A stretch of 64,000 nt of DNA from a virus (Duplodnaviria > Caudoviricetes): the IMG/VR virus record IMGVR_UViG_3300032167_000006, one strand, 5' to 3'. Below are positions 18,354-29,233 of this stretch, piece by piece. The notes beneath the pieces were generated by a model. It was not told the origin of the DNA. It was given only the letters and a program-made list of their open reading frames with translations, and did not search any database. Both the position numbers and the translations under genes were made by a program. Numbering within the stretch: the first letter of the stretch is position 1; each line of letters starts with the position of its first letter.

Positions 18354-19520
18354 ATGAAAGATACCAAAGCAATACTTACCGAAGCATATCCAGTTATAGA
18401 AGCTGGCTTAAAAAAGAATACTACTAAATATAAAAAATTCTTATCAGATTATATGAATAAAAATTCTGATATTTTATATTCTACAATACCGTCAAAACAG
18501 TTGTATTTCTCGCAAGAAGATTGTGATAATTATTTTAAATCTATTGATGTAAATCCTGGCATTGTAAAAAATGCAATAAGCCATACATATTACTATGATA
18601 TTAGCAATTTCAATCCTAGATATGCTAAAGATGAAACTACAATAGCATTAATATGTACTGTAAGATACTTTATGTTACACAATATGAAAAAAGAGTTAGA
18701 ATTAGCTCTTATTAATATTGCATGTAGTGGTAAATATTATCCTAGTATATGGCATGGATCATTCCAAGTTACAGCTCCAAATGAGCATATTATGGAATAT
18801 GCTATAACACATCTAGCAACAAACAAATTTGAAATTGTTCGTGAAGGTTCAGTTGTAGGAGCACTTAAATCTATAGCTGCGACATGGGTGAATACATATA
18901 AAACTAAATTTAAAGAATTTCATGATGATGATGTTGTATATGTAGTACAGCAATTACATAATAGACTACGTTCCTTTATGAATAATATCGCTAGTTTATA
19001 TTATGAAGCTAATAAAAATAAAGATATTTATATAACTTATGATTCGGATGATGTAGGTGAAGATAATTACCATATGGCTGATTCTGATTCGTTGCTTATA
19101 GATAGATACGTAAATGCCACAATGAATTATATTAATTCACATGGGTTAAATTATAAGATATGCAAATTAGCGTCAAATGATCTTGTTAAGTTTGATGAGC
19201 TTAAAGGTATAATAGATATGCTTACTAGAGAAAAAAATAATATTCCGATAATTAAAGAATATATTACTCTCATGATAACTAACTATTATATGGATAGTGG
19301 TAAGAAAAATATAGAAGATATTGAATTTGTTTCATATTCTATATCCCCTAAACCTAATTCTAAAAATGCTTACCATCTTAGGCAAAAAGAGCTATCTGAG
19401 AAGCTTCTTATTAACAATGCAGCTAATTTTAGTAGACGCCGCAGTAGAGGCGCTACCGAGTCCGCATATTTCCGTGCTTTTAATGCATACTTTGCTCTAC
19501 TCATACAGGAAGCCAATTAA
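18354..19520 (+). CDS. Hypothetical protein (probably late)
   Basis: 388-aa ORF, GGGAGG RBS, late-type promoter. Confidence 0.8.
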   Translation: MKDTKAILTEAYPVIEAGLKKNTTKYKKFLSDYMNKNSDILYSTIPSKQLYFSQEDCDNYFKSIDVNPGIVKNAISHTYYYDISNFNPRYAKDETTIALICTVRYFMLHNMKKELELALINIACSGKYYPSIWHGSFQVTAPNEHIMEYAITHLATNKFEIVREGSVVGALKSIAATWVNTYKTKFKEFHDDDVVYVVQQLHNRLRSFMNNIASLYYEANKNKDIYITYDSDDVGEDNYHMADSDSLLIDRYVNATMNYINSHGLNYKICKLASNDLVKFDELKGIIDMLTREKNNIPIIKEYITLMITNYYMDSGKKNIEDIEFVSYSISPKPNSKNAYHLRQKELSEKLLINNAANFSRRRSRGATESAYFRAFNAYFALLIQEAN

Positions 19521-19535
19521 AAACAAAAAATAAAT

Positions 19536-19560
19536 ACCGGTAGGGATTATCCCTACCGGT
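19536..19560. terminator. Bidirectional terminator
   Basis: ACCGGTAGGG-ATTAT-CCCTACCGGT between convergent genes. Confidence 0.8.
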
Positions 19561-19568
19561 TATATTAT

Positions 19569-20150
19569 TTACCATAAAATATCTTTATAATGAGTATTCA
19601 TATATTGCATAAACTTATCAATTTTAAATCTTGTATCAAAGCTTAAAGGTAACTTATTACCTTTAGCATTCCAATATTCAAAAGTTGAAGAATTAAAATG
19701 TTTACTCATAGCCATCCAATCACATAACATTTCGATTATATAAATATCCGGCATATCAAGTATAACAATTTCTTTATTTTCTTCAACCAACACCCAATAC
19801 ATTGGATGATGAGGATTACTATGAACATGATGTAGCCACGCATAATTAAATTTAGATTTAATTTTTTCTTTATCTTCTTCTATACCTAAGATTGGATAAA
19901 ATTTATTTGCATAAGCTTCAAATTCATATTCACTATATTTAGATAAATCGTGATAACGTATATTATTTATTAGAGAAGTATGCTTAACATCATATGCATA
20001 TACAGAAGGAAAGATTTCTTTAAAACATTTCACATATTCAAAATAACAAAATTCAACATTCTTAATATGTTCATTTATATATTCTGAATATCTATTACGC
20101 TGTTCTTCTTTATCTTTTGTATAAATTATTTTATTTGGCATAAGGATCAT
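19569..20150 (-). CDS. HD-like phosphohydrolase (DUF5662-like)
   Basis: HDLSK, AWLHH..NPHHP.YW, EMLCDW. Confidence 0.75.
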   Translation of the reverse strand: MILMPNKIIYTKDKEEQRNRYSEYINEHIKNVEFCYFEYVKCFKEIFPSVYAYDVKHTSLINNIRYHDLSKYSEYEFEAYANKFYPILGIEEDKEKIKSKFNYAWLHHVHSNPHHPMYWVLVEENKEIVILDMPDIYIIEMLCDWMAMSKHFNSSTFEYWNAKGNKLPLSFDTRFKIDKFMQYMNTHYKDILW

Positions 20151-20331
20151 TCCTCCCGTCTATTTTAATTATTTTACCGCAATTATCGCATCTATATACT
20201 CGTACTGAATATAATATAGTAACTGAACGTCCATATCTATCTATAGCTTTATCACACTCTGCATAATATCCTATTTCAGTTGCTTTCTGATGAAGACAGA
20301 AAAGCCTTTTCAATAGTTGTTTAAACTTCAT
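20131..20331 (-). CDS. Small Zn-finger protein
   Basis: LFCLH...RCDNCGK. Confidence 0.7.
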   Translation of the reverse strand: MKFKQLLKRLFCLHQKATEIGYYAECDKAIDRYGRSVTILYSVRVYRCDNCGKIIKIDGRNDPYAK

Positions 20332-21016
20332 TAATATTTCCTTCCTTTTCCACTTTCTTAACCATAACTAAATGAGCTAAATATACTGGATCATCTCCAG
20401 GTAGAAAATCTACTTCTTCTTCATGCATGTCTTCATAATAATCAACCTCATTAACAACATAGTCTTCAAATTGATCTTTTGTCATACTGGTATTTGGATA
20501 ATCTGCTTTGACTTCTTCATATGAATTATAATTATCTAAATATATAAGATTATAATCAAGACACTCATCTTTAACTAAAATACCAGAACAAATTTTATAA
20601 TGTTCTTGAAAAGCCATTCCAGGTTCTTGCGACCACAATTCTATTTCTAATTGTAATCTTTTAGATTCTTTTAAAAGAGTGCTACCATAATGCTCGCCTG
20701 GATGATCATGTTCAAACTGCATGAAGTATGACCAAGGACCACCCATCATACATGAACTAACAGACCATGCACATTCAAAATCAATAGATACACATTTATA
20801 TATTCCACTATTCCAATGCTCATCAAATTTATATGCTGAGAATACCCTAAAGAAATGTGGTATATGCGTAAAGTTTTTAGGATCTACACACCAACTATAA
20901 TCATAATTATTTTTATCTTTATAATATGAATAGTTAGCATCTAATATTTTTAATAATTCATCAACGCAATCGGCACGACCTCTAACGTTCATGAAACCAG
21001 TACATATATTTGGCAT
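20321..21016 (-). CDS. YubB/DUF1281-like ferredoxin-fold protein
   Basis: MPNxC start, FECAWS, EPGMAF. Confidence 0.6.
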   Translation of the reverse strand: MPNICTGFMNVRGRADCVDELLKILDANYSYYKDKNNYDYSWCVDPKNFTHIPHFFRVFSAYKFDEHWNSGIYKCVSIDFECAWSVSSCMMGGPWSYFMQFEHDHPGEHYGSTLLKESKRLQLEIELWSQEPGMAFQEHYKICSGILVKDECLDYNLIYLDNYNSYEEVKADYPNTSMTKDQFEDYVVNEVDYYEDMHEEEVDFLPGDDPVYLAHLVMVKKVEKEGNINEV

Positions 21017-21034
21017 AATAACACCTTCTTTATA

Positions 21035-21616
21035 TTAATTACCTAATCTTTCATTGATACATTCATGTATAATACATCTTAAATCTCTTCCATCATAATA
21101 TGGAGTTGAATTTATTGTATTGCCTACTAAACGTTCTCTTATTCTTTCTTTCATATCATTTGCATATCCAGTAATAGAATATTCTACTAAATCATTAGCT
21201 ATCTTGTCAATACGCTCTTGATAGTCGGTTGAAGTAACTATTTCTTCTACCTTTTTAATCAATTCTTCTTTAATACGTTCATTAAATCTATTTTTAATCA
21301 TCTCTCCTATAGATGGTTCTGTTACATTACCCCAAGAATTTTTCTTGCCTTCTGTGATAACTTTTATTTCTTTTGATATACCTTCAGTGTAATCATATCT
21401 AGATTGCTTTGTGAATAAATCATTTGATATAAAATCCATTAATCTTTGCATATCTTCAGATGATAACTGAGCTATATATTGTTCAGCTAACATATTGCCC
21501 ATAGTTTTAGATAGGTCTATATTAATACCCATCATATTAATTTTTCCTGCGGTTTCACCTCTGGTTACTCCCATTTGTTCTAATTGTTCTTTGTCATAAA
21601 TAACATTGTTCTCCAT
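21035..21616 (-). CDS. Hypothetical protein
   Basis: 193-aa ORF. Confidence 0.75.
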   Translation of the reverse strand: MENNVIYDKEQLEQMGVTRGETAGKINMMGINIDLSKTMGNMLAEQYIAQLSSEDMQRLMDFISNDLFTKQSRYDYTEGISKEIKVITEGKKNSWGNVTEPSIGEMIKNRFNERIKEELIKKVEEIVTSTDYQERIDKIANDLVEYSITGYANDMKERIRERLVGNTINSTPYYDGRDLRCIIHECINERLGN

Positions 21617-21729
21617 AGTTATTATTCCTTTCTATTTTTATTCATAATTATAATATACTATTGTATTACTTTTTAGTAAAAAATAAAATAAAAATTAATA
21701 GAGGTAGGGATCACTCCCTACCTCATATT

Positions 21730-24093
21730 TTATTTTCTAATAAGTTCTGCTTTAATTACTCCATCTTTACAGAGTTTAACACCCTGGCTTACACTTGAAC
21801 CATAAGGAATACTATCAGTATCTATTTCTAATACTTCATCTGCTCTTACTACACGAATAGTACTATTACCTGCACAAGAGAATATATTTAAAATATAATC
21901 ACCCTTATTAAGTTTGATAACTTTACTACCTGCTTTGTTACGAGCACTTCTTTCAAATGCAGCCTGAGATATTTTATTAAATCTACCTTTAGCTGTAACT
22001 ACAACTACATCTTTTGTATCCGATGTAACAACTGAAATACCATCAATTGTTTCTGTAGTTTTCATAGCTTGATTACCAAGTGTAGATCTCTTTAAATAAG
22101 GAATCTGTTCAATTGGCATTCTTAAAGCTTTAGATTTTGTATATACAATAACATCAGATTTTTGATTTGCTATAAGAATATCACAAACCATATCATTAGC
22201 ATTAAGCTTAGAATAAATAATACCAGACGGTGTAGCATTAAGCACATCATCTATATCCATTCTCTTGATTAAACCATTCTTAGTTACTGTAACTACAAAA
22301 TACTTAGAACCTTTATTCTGTAAGTGTTCAAGTATCGGTAAATACATTACAGAAATGATATTACTTGTAAGCTTCTTAAGGATAAGACGAATATCCAATC
22401 CAGGACTGTTCTTATCTGTAAAAGCAATCTTATGTACAGGTAATCTAAATACTTTACCCATCTGATCGAATAATAAAATATCTTTACTATTATCAGCAAT
22501 AATAATACATTTAGCATTATCGCCTTTAACAGTTTTAATAGGATCATTTATTTGAAGTTTCTTAATATAATTCTGTTCTGTTACAACTAATTTAAATTCA
22601 CCTTCGGGTATATTAGATGCTTCAGATTCAGAAATAAGAATGCTCTGTCTGGGTTTACCATATTTAGCTTTAATTTCAAGAAGCTCTTGTTCAATTTCTT
22701 GATCAATAAGTTTTTCATTTGTAATTATATTTATATAATTATTTACATCTGCAAATAATCTAGCTTGTTCTTCTTTATACTTATTAAGATGACCTTTAGA
22801 AAGTCTACCAATTTCAGTATGAAGAACGAATTTGGCCTGAAGGTCTGTAATCTTAAGTTTCTTCATAAGCCAATCTACAAGATATCCTTCATCCATAGAT
22901 GCCTGATTACGAATCATACGTATAATATTTTCTACGTCACCAGATTCAAGAATCTTAATATATGTATCAAGCTGATGTAATCTTGTTTCCGCTTTCTGTA
23001 ATCTAAAATTATATAAACGGAATTTAACAGATCTACGAAACTCTAAGAAATATGCAATATATGCTTTATAACTAATACGACTTACATCTGTCTCATTAAT
23101 TACCTGCATATTAATTCTCTTAGTATCCTGAAGAGGAGTATTCTTATAAAGAACCTGTTTTACATAATTAGGATCTGAACCTCTCTTAAGGATAATATGA
23201 ATATCAAGTTGATTTTCTGTAGAATGATCTTGTATGTCTGCAATCTGAACAAGTTTCTTATCTTTAATAAGATTCTCAATCTTTTCAGCTATGCTATCAT
23301 AGAAGATCAAATCAGGTGTAGATAAAATATGTAATGTATCTATTCCTGTTTTTGGATTATGCTCTATATTAATTATACCACGTTCAATATAATAACCATA
23401 ACCAGTATTACTTATTTTCTTCCAGTCTGTATCAATAACTTCACATTTTTGACATGGGTCAGGAATAAGTATTACCTTAGCTTTAGGATCATGTAATACT
23501 GCAATAGTTGCATCTATAACATCATTAAGACTATGCTTAGGACTCTCTATACGGCTACCAATTGCAATACCAAAACATCCATTAACTAAAAGAAGCGGAA
23601 CCTTTACAGGTAAGCACTCTGGTTCTTTAGTATGATTATCAAATGTATTCTGCCAGTCAACTACATCTCTTACTTCTTGTAAATCTCCTATAACACAATC
23701 CATAGAAAATTTAGATAAATAAGCTTCAGTATAACGCATAGCTGCCTGAGGACCACCCTGAAGTGAACCTGAGTTTGAGTCATAATTAATAAGAGGCACT
23801 TTTATTTCGAACCAGTTTGTTAATGCTTTCATACTTCCGTATACAGCATCCTGTGAATGCGGATGGTATTTAGCTATAACAAGACCTACGGTATTTGCTG
23901 ATTTACGTTTTGTATTTACCGAAATGCATCCAACGTCATTCCACATAGCATACAAGGTTCTTCTTTGACCTGGTTTAAGACCATCTCTAATATCTGGCGT
24001 ATATCTATCATATAAAATATATAATGAATATCTAGCCATGTTTTCCATATAAGCTTTACGCGAATCTATCTGAATAATATTATCATTAGCCAT
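21730..24093 (-). CDS. gyrA: Type IIA topoisomerase subunit A (GyrA/ParC family)
   Basis: RDGLKPGQRR, KYHPH, AAMRYTE catalytic Tyr, beta-pinwheel repeats; gyrase vs topo IV unresolved. Confidence 0.93.
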   Translation of the reverse strand: MANDNIIQIDSRKAYMENMARYSLYILYDRYTPDIRDGLKPGQRRTLYAMWNDVGCISVNTKRKSANTVGLVIAKYHPHSQDAVYGSMKALTNWFEIKVPLINYDSNSGSLQGGPQAAMRYTEAYLSKFSMDCVIGDLQEVRDVVDWQNTFDNHTKEPECLPVKVPLLLVNGCFGIAIGSRIESPKHSLNDVIDATIAVLHDPKAKVILIPDPCQKCEVIDTDWKKISNTGYGYYIERGIINIEHNPKTGIDTLHILSTPDLIFYDSIAEKIENLIKDKKLVQIADIQDHSTENQLDIHIILKRGSDPNYVKQVLYKNTPLQDTKRINMQVINETDVSRISYKAYIAYFLEFRRSVKFRLYNFRLQKAETRLHQLDTYIKILESGDVENIIRMIRNQASMDEGYLVDWLMKKLKITDLQAKFVLHTEIGRLSKGHLNKYKEEQARLFADVNNYINIITNEKLIDQEIEQELLEIKAKYGKPRQSILISESEASNIPEGEFKLVVTEQNYIKKLQINDPIKTVKGDNAKCIIIADNSKDILLFDQMGKVFRLPVHKIAFTDKNSPGLDIRLILKKLTSNIISVMYLPILEHLQNKGSKYFVVTVTKNGLIKRMDIDDVLNATPSGIIYSKLNANDMVCDILIANQKSDVIVYTKSKALRMPIEQIPYLKRSTLGNQAMKTTETIDGISVVTSDTKDVVVVTAKGRFNKISQAAFERSARNKAGSKVIKLNKGDYILNIFSCAGNSTIRVVRADEVLEIDTDSIPYGSSVSQGVKLCKDGVIKAELIRK

Positions 24094-24237
24094 AACTTAT
24101 ATATCCTCCTTAATTAATACTTTTAATTATGAGTTACTTCTTATGTAACTTCTTAATTATAATATATTATTTTAATTAATTTTACATAAGAATTCCGGAG
24201 TAGTTTAAACTACTCCGGAGTAAAGGTTTAATATATT

Positions 24238-24696
24238 TTAATCTTCGGAGGGAATCTCTTCTACAGCTTCTTCACAAGGTGTAAGATTAAATTTAGTAAT
24301 AGTTTTTAATCCGCCTTCTCTAAATGTGGTAAAAATAGGCTCGATAATAAACTCTTTATACATCTTTGTATATTCTACAAAGTTGTTATAAATAACAACA
24401 GTAAACTCTGTTGCATTAGCATCATAATCACGAATATATCCGATTGTAGATACACGTGTATCATCTGCATCTGTAGTTGTATGATCAATCAAACTTCTAT
24501 AAGCAGTAAGCGAAATAGAAATTTTATTAAACAAAGTGTTAGCGAGAACATCCATAATTTCAGTATGAAGATTCTCATCCACATTTGCAGGTAAGCCAAG
24601 CTTCACTTTAAGTTCACACAGAACTTTTTTAGGTTTATTGCTGTTAAAAGGTTTTTTAGTTTTCTGATTAAAATTGCTCATATAAGAGTCCTCCAT
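24238..24696 (-). CDS. Hypothetical protein between topoisomerase genes
   Basis: 152-aa ORF with own ACA-N6-TA motif at 24732-24743. Confidence 0.75.
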   Translation of the reverse strand: MEDSYMSNFNQKTKKPFNSNKPKKVLCELKVKLGLPANVDENLHTEIMDVLANTLFNKISISLTAYRSLIDHTTTDADDTRVSTIGYIRDYDANATEFTVVIYNNFVEYTKMYKEFIIEPIFTTFREGGLKTITKFNLTPCEEAVEEIPSED

Positions 24697-24819
24697 TGAA
24701 AATTAATTATAAGAATTATTTTAAATTCTAGTAATTTAATGTACGTGGTACAGTTAAATATTTACATTTTTAAATAAAAAATAAAATACCGATAGGAATT
24801 TATCCTATCGGTATATTTT

Positions 24820-27129
24820 TTAAACAATATCTTCTTTACGTATTTTAATGCCTCTTGAGAAGATTGCTTTATCACTTTGTAATTCTGTGAAATACTTAAG
24901 TTCTTTCTTACAATCTTCGATGGTATATTGTTTAAGAGTACGTCCCATTCCTGGTAATACTGTAGATTCTCCTAACATCTTAGGAGGCATTTCGCCGAGA
25001 CCTTTATATCTAGTAAGATTCTTAGGTTCAAATTCATTAAATAAATTCATCAATCCAAGTAATGTCATTTTTTGACCATTGACCATATAGAATTTATCAG
25101 AGTTATTAATCATATCTATAAGTCTAGCACAGTCTGCAAACATACGTTGATTACAAAATACTGTTTGGAATCTAGAACCTACAAGACCTCTTAATATAAT
25201 AACTCCATTTTCTTTAGAAACCTTAACAAATTTAAATTGCTTTTCTATAGCAGTTTTAAATTTAGCAGAATCAATACCAAGATCTAAATTATATAAAATG
25301 AATTCCATTAACGAATGGTCTATTGCGTATGTAGAACATACATGATTCATATATTTTATATAATCTATATTATCATAAAGAATTTTTGTAATTTGCTGCT
25401 TACTATAAGCTTTATTTTTAATATCTGCAACTACATTTTCTTTACAGAATACAGATTGTACATACTCTACATATGCTATATTATTTTCAAAGAATTTCAT
25501 TTTATTCTTTCCTACAGATACGCCATATAATGGTGGATTAGCTGCATATAATTTACCCTGTTCTATAACGAAAGGTAAATATCTAAGAAACAATCCAAAT
25601 ACCAGACACTGGATATGAGAACCATCAGCGTCACCATCGGCAGCTATAACTACTTTAGATGGTTTAAATTGTTCTGGATCAAATTTCTTTTGATAGCCAT
25701 TATAACCACAGATTTTGAAAATAGAAGCTACTTCTTCATTTTCAAAGAAACGTTTTGTAGGTGTTGTAAAAGCATTAATAATTTTACCACGTATGGGAAA
25801 TACTGACTGTGTTGCTTTATCTCTATTATTTTCCATAGCTGAGGCGCAAGAATCACCTTCAACTATCCAGAACTCAAAAGGACCTTTACCATTTGGTTTC
25901 TTATATTTAGCAGGCATTCCACTAACTACAGAAGCAGTATATTTATCAGACATTTTTATTTTTTCATTATCTGATTTCATACGAATTTCACATACCTCTT
26001 TAAGGTATTTACAAATCTTCTGCAATTCATTAGGACTGCTTTGTGCCCAGTTTTCAAGCGCTTTTAAAGTTACGTTATAGATATAAGGTTTCATATCTTC
26101 TTTAGAAAAGATTTCTTTTGACTGTCCTGTGAACATCGGATTTACGTGGAATATACTTATTACAGCACGTAAACCTGTTCTTATATCCTGTGCATTTACC
26201 TGAAGTTTTTTGTTATTCACTAAATATATTTTGTTCATATAATCACGAAAATATTTAATGATAGCATCCAAAAAGCCGTCGATATGAGTACCTGCCGAAG
26301 TCGGGCACATATTCGCAAAGCCCAATATTTTTGGGTCGTCCATATTGGCAATATCATATGAAAACAAAACTTCTGCTTTCATAGTTCCATTATCTTCAGT
26401 AAAATATATTGGATTGAAAACCTTTTTCTCACATATGCTATCCATTAGTTCAAGTATGCCATTTTTATTTTCTATGACAACTTTTCTTGTTCTACCCATA
26501 GAATCAATAGCATTAAATAAAACACGTGTTCCAGGGCGACATAAATGAGTAATAAGCCATGTTAGATTTTGAATTTCATCTACCGTAACTGTTATTTGTC
26601 CCATCATATTAGATGGGCAAAATGATGTGATAAGACCATGCTTATCTTTTTTAGGTTTTATAGTTTGTAATCCTTTAGAGTTGATTCTACCCTCTTCAAA
26701 TTCAACCTTACCAGCTGTACCATCAGGTCTATAAGATTCAACTACAAAGAATTTAGATAAATAGTTTGTAATAGTAGCACCCATACCATTCTTACCAGAA
26801 CTGTATTCGCCGCTACCTTCTTTTTTATCATAGTTTGATGATGAATGCAATACAGAGAATACAGGCACAAGCATATTTATTTCAATACCTTGACCATTGT
26901 CTTCTATAATACATGTATGAGATCTTTCATCGAAAGATATAATGATATTTTTATCAAGAGTGTTACCCTTAATAATTTCATCAAGTGAGTTTTGTACAAT
27001 CTCTCTGTACATATTTAAAAATCCAGCATTGCCGAGAGCACCAATATACACATCTGGTAATTTTCGCACCGCCTCTACTGGGTCATCTATAATTTGTATT
27101 TTCTTTTGCTGTTTAGGCATCTCAGCCAT
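24820..27129 (-). CDS. gyrB: Type IIA topoisomerase subunit B (GyrB/ParE family)
   Basis: EIVQNSLDE, DNGQG, GKNGMG, VEGDS, PIRGK, DGDADGSHI, RYKGLGEM. Confidence 0.95.
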   Translation of the reverse strand: MAEMPKQQKKIQIIDDPVEAVRKLPDVYIGALGNAGFLNMYREIVQNSLDEIIKGNTLDKNIIISFDERSHTCIIEDNGQGIEINMLVPVFSVLHSSSNYDKKEGSGEYSSGKNGMGATITNYLSKFFVVESYRPDGTAGKVEFEEGRINSKGLQTIKPKKDKHGLITSFCPSNMMGQITVTVDEIQNLTWLITHLCRPGTRVLFNAIDSMGRTRKVVIENKNGILELMDSICEKKVFNPIYFTEDNGTMKAEVLFSYDIANMDDPKILGFANMCPTSAGTHIDGFLDAIIKYFRDYMNKIYLVNNKKLQVNAQDIRTGLRAVISIFHVNPMFTGQSKEIFSKEDMKPYIYNVTLKALENWAQSSPNELQKICKYLKEVCEIRMKSDNEKIKMSDKYTASVVSGMPAKYKKPNGKGPFEFWIVEGDSCASAMENNRDKATQSVFPIRGKIINAFTTPTKRFFENEEVASIFKICGYNGYQKKFDPEQFKPSKVVIAADGDADGSHIQCLVFGLFLRYLPFVIEQGKLYAANPPLYGVSVGKNKMKFFENNIAYVEYVQSVFCKENVVADIKNKAYSKQQITKILYDNIDYIKYMNHVCSTYAIDHSLMEFILYNLDLGIDSAKFKTAIEKQFKFVKVSKENGVIILRGLVGSRFQTVFCNQRMFADCARLIDMINNSDKFYMVNGQKMTLLGLMNLFNEFEPKNLTRYKGLGEMPPKMLGESTVLPGMGRTLKQYTIEDCKKELKYFTELQSDKAIFSRGIKIRKEDIV

Positions 27130-27199
27130 AATAACACTCCCTTTCTGAACATTGATTATTTAATCGTTTGTTTCATTATAAAAAATAATTTAGTTATAC

Positions 27200-27274
27200 T
27201 GGCTGGGGTAGCTGGGCTCGAACCAGCGAATGTAGGAGTCAAAGTCCTATGCCTTACCGCTTGGCTATACCCCA
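27200..27274 (-). tRNA. tRNA-Gln(TTG)
   Basis: TGGGGTATAGCCAAGCGGTAAGGCATAGGACT-TTG-ACTCCTACATTCGCTGGTTCGAGCCCAGCTACCCCAGCCA. Confidence 0.96.
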
Positions 27275-27345
27275 GTATAACTAGAGCAGAGGAAATTACT
27301 CCTCTGCTCTTCATTATTTTTTATTAGGTTTATGTGTTATTGATC

Positions 27346-28281
27346 TTAGAGCTCAATCTTTGTCTCTGTTGTTACAGTACCATCTGCTGCAGGAGCTGAT
27401 GCTGTTGCCTGCTGTACAGGTGCCTGCTGTGCAGGAGCCTGAGCCTGAGGTGCAGCATATACAGGAGCGCCATAAGGAGCTACTGTACCACCCATCATCA
27501 TATTAGCCTGTGATACAAACTGCTGATTGGGAGCCATAGGATTTACTCCATATGTAGGTGCTTGCATGGGATTAACATTTGCGTTTGCAGGCATGCCGTT
27601 GGGAACATAGCCCTGGGGAGCCTGATTGTAATATCCCTGGTTAGCTGCAGGTGCCTGACCATAATAACCCTGTGCCGGAGCTGCATATCCAACTGAAGGA
27701 ACGCCTGCACCAAAGAGGCTATTATACATACCGTAGATATTTGTATCTGCAGCATTGTACATACCACGTGCGCTGTAATACTTATTGAAAGTATTCATTG
27801 CATATTCGTGAATATCAGGATACTTCATAAGAAGCGGCATAAGAGTAAAGAGCTCTCTTGTGAGATCTACAGGAAGATCACCAGCCCATTTAGCATTCTG
27901 CATTTGATCGATGAGCTCAGTTACAAGAGCTTCAACTTCTTCTTTTGTCTTCATATCGGGCTTCCATCTAGCACCGCAGATAGGACAAAATACATCGCCG
28001 CTACCATCTGATACCTGCATAACTACATCGCGACCCTTATCTTTATGGGTACACATTGAGCGAAGTACGTCATTGCGATCAATCGATAACACAATGTTGC
28101 TTGTCGGACGAGCATTCTTAAGAATCTGAATTTCCTCGTCTGTCAAAGCATTCTGGTTTGCAGGAGTAGGAATCTGACTAAATCCCATTGCATTGTAACC
28201 AAACATATTAGGATCGTAGTTACCGTAATAGGGTTGTCCTGCTGCCTGCTGCTGTCCGTAGTAATAATTGTTCATGTCCAT
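27346..28281 (-). CDS. Zn-binding domain protein with Q/Y/G/N/A/P low-complexity tails
   Basis: CTH...CPICG core; imperfect QGYY repeats. Confidence 0.8.
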   Translation of the reverse strand: MDMNNYYYGQQQAAGQPYYGNYDPNMFGYNAMGFSQIPTPANQNALTDEEIQILKNARPTSNIVLSIDRNDVLRSMCTHKDKGRDVVMQVSDGSGDVFCPICGARWKPDMKTKEEVEALVTELIDQMQNAKWAGDLPVDLTRELFTLMPLLMKYPDIHEYAMNTFNKYYSARGMYNAADTNIYGMYNSLFGAGVPSVGYAAPAQGYYGQAPAANQGYYNQAPQGYVPNGMPANANVNPMQAPTYGVNPMAPNQQFVSQANMMMGGTVAPYGAPVYAAPQAQAPAQQAPVQQATASAPAADGTVTTETKIEL

Positions 28282-28448
28282 TTTTGTTACCTCCGTTTAA
28301 AATTTTATAATATAATAAAATGGATACCAATTGAGTATAGAGCACCACCTCTATACTCAACTATGATATACAATTACTTTTTTGTTTAAGCTAGTATAAA
28401 TTTATACTTAAACTTTATGTAATTGTTAAATCATTAATAATAAAATTA

Positions 28449-29150
28449 TTATTCTTCTGTATTAGATGTTTCATCTACTTCTGTTTCTGGTACAATTGTT
28501 TCTTCTACAACTGTATCTTCTACATTAGATGTTTCATCTATAAGTACTTCTTCTACATTAGATGTTTCATCTTTTATTTCATTAATATTAGATTCTTCAT
28601 CTTCTGTTTTATTTTTTGCATTAACTTTTTCTACATAAGCATTATATTCTGCTTTAGCTCTAGTTTCTGCAAAATTTTGTGTGAAACGACCATTGTAATA
28701 ATCGTCATTATCATTAACTGCCTTTTGACCATCAATAACGCCATGAGCTTTATTAATATCAGTAGGTCCAAGATTAACAATATTTGGATTAAGAGCAGAT
28801 TTAAATCTGTCAATGATGCGCTCTTTCCATTCATCGCTAACACAACCAAGTGAATCTAACGATTCTTTAAGCTGTGGTATAGTCATTCTAGCTACTTCCA
28901 TAGACTGAATATGCTCGTAAGCAACTGCGAATAATGATACAGTACCTCCAATATTTGAAGGTGATCTTTCTTTAATGGGTTCTGTTAAAGCGTAATTATA
29001 AAGAATTCCGTTTTCATCATCCCATTTAACAAACTGATATTTTGTAGACTCATCAATAAGTCTAAATGTATTATCTATATATACTATAAGTGGCCAGTTT
29101 TTACCTGCTTTAAGTATATTTCTTACTTTTATAACATCAGCTTTTTCCAT
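28449..29150 (-). CDS. Hypothetical protein with acidic DETSN repeats
   Basis: DETSNVEE / DETSNVED / DETSNTEE at C-terminus. Confidence 0.8.
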   Translation of the reverse strand: MEKADVIKVRNILKAGKNWPLIVYIDNTFRLIDESTKYQFVKWDDENGILYNYALTEPIKERSPSNIGGTVSLFAVAYEHIQSMEVARMTIPQLKESLDSLGCVSDEWKERIIDRFKSALNPNIVNLGPTDINKAHGVIDGQKAVNDNDDYYNGRFTQNFAETRAKAEYNAYVEKVNAKNKTEDEESNINEIKDETSNVEEVLIDETSNVEDTVVEETIVPETEVDETSNTEE

Positions 29151-29233
29151 TTAAATATGCCTCCTTATAATAAAATATTAATCCTGGGGGCTTACGCACC
29201 CAGGCTAAATATTTTTTAGTTTTACCAAAATGT

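Noticed and set aside
27094-27327. 77-aa plus-strand ORF
   Set aside because: Antisense to tRNA-Gln and gyrB
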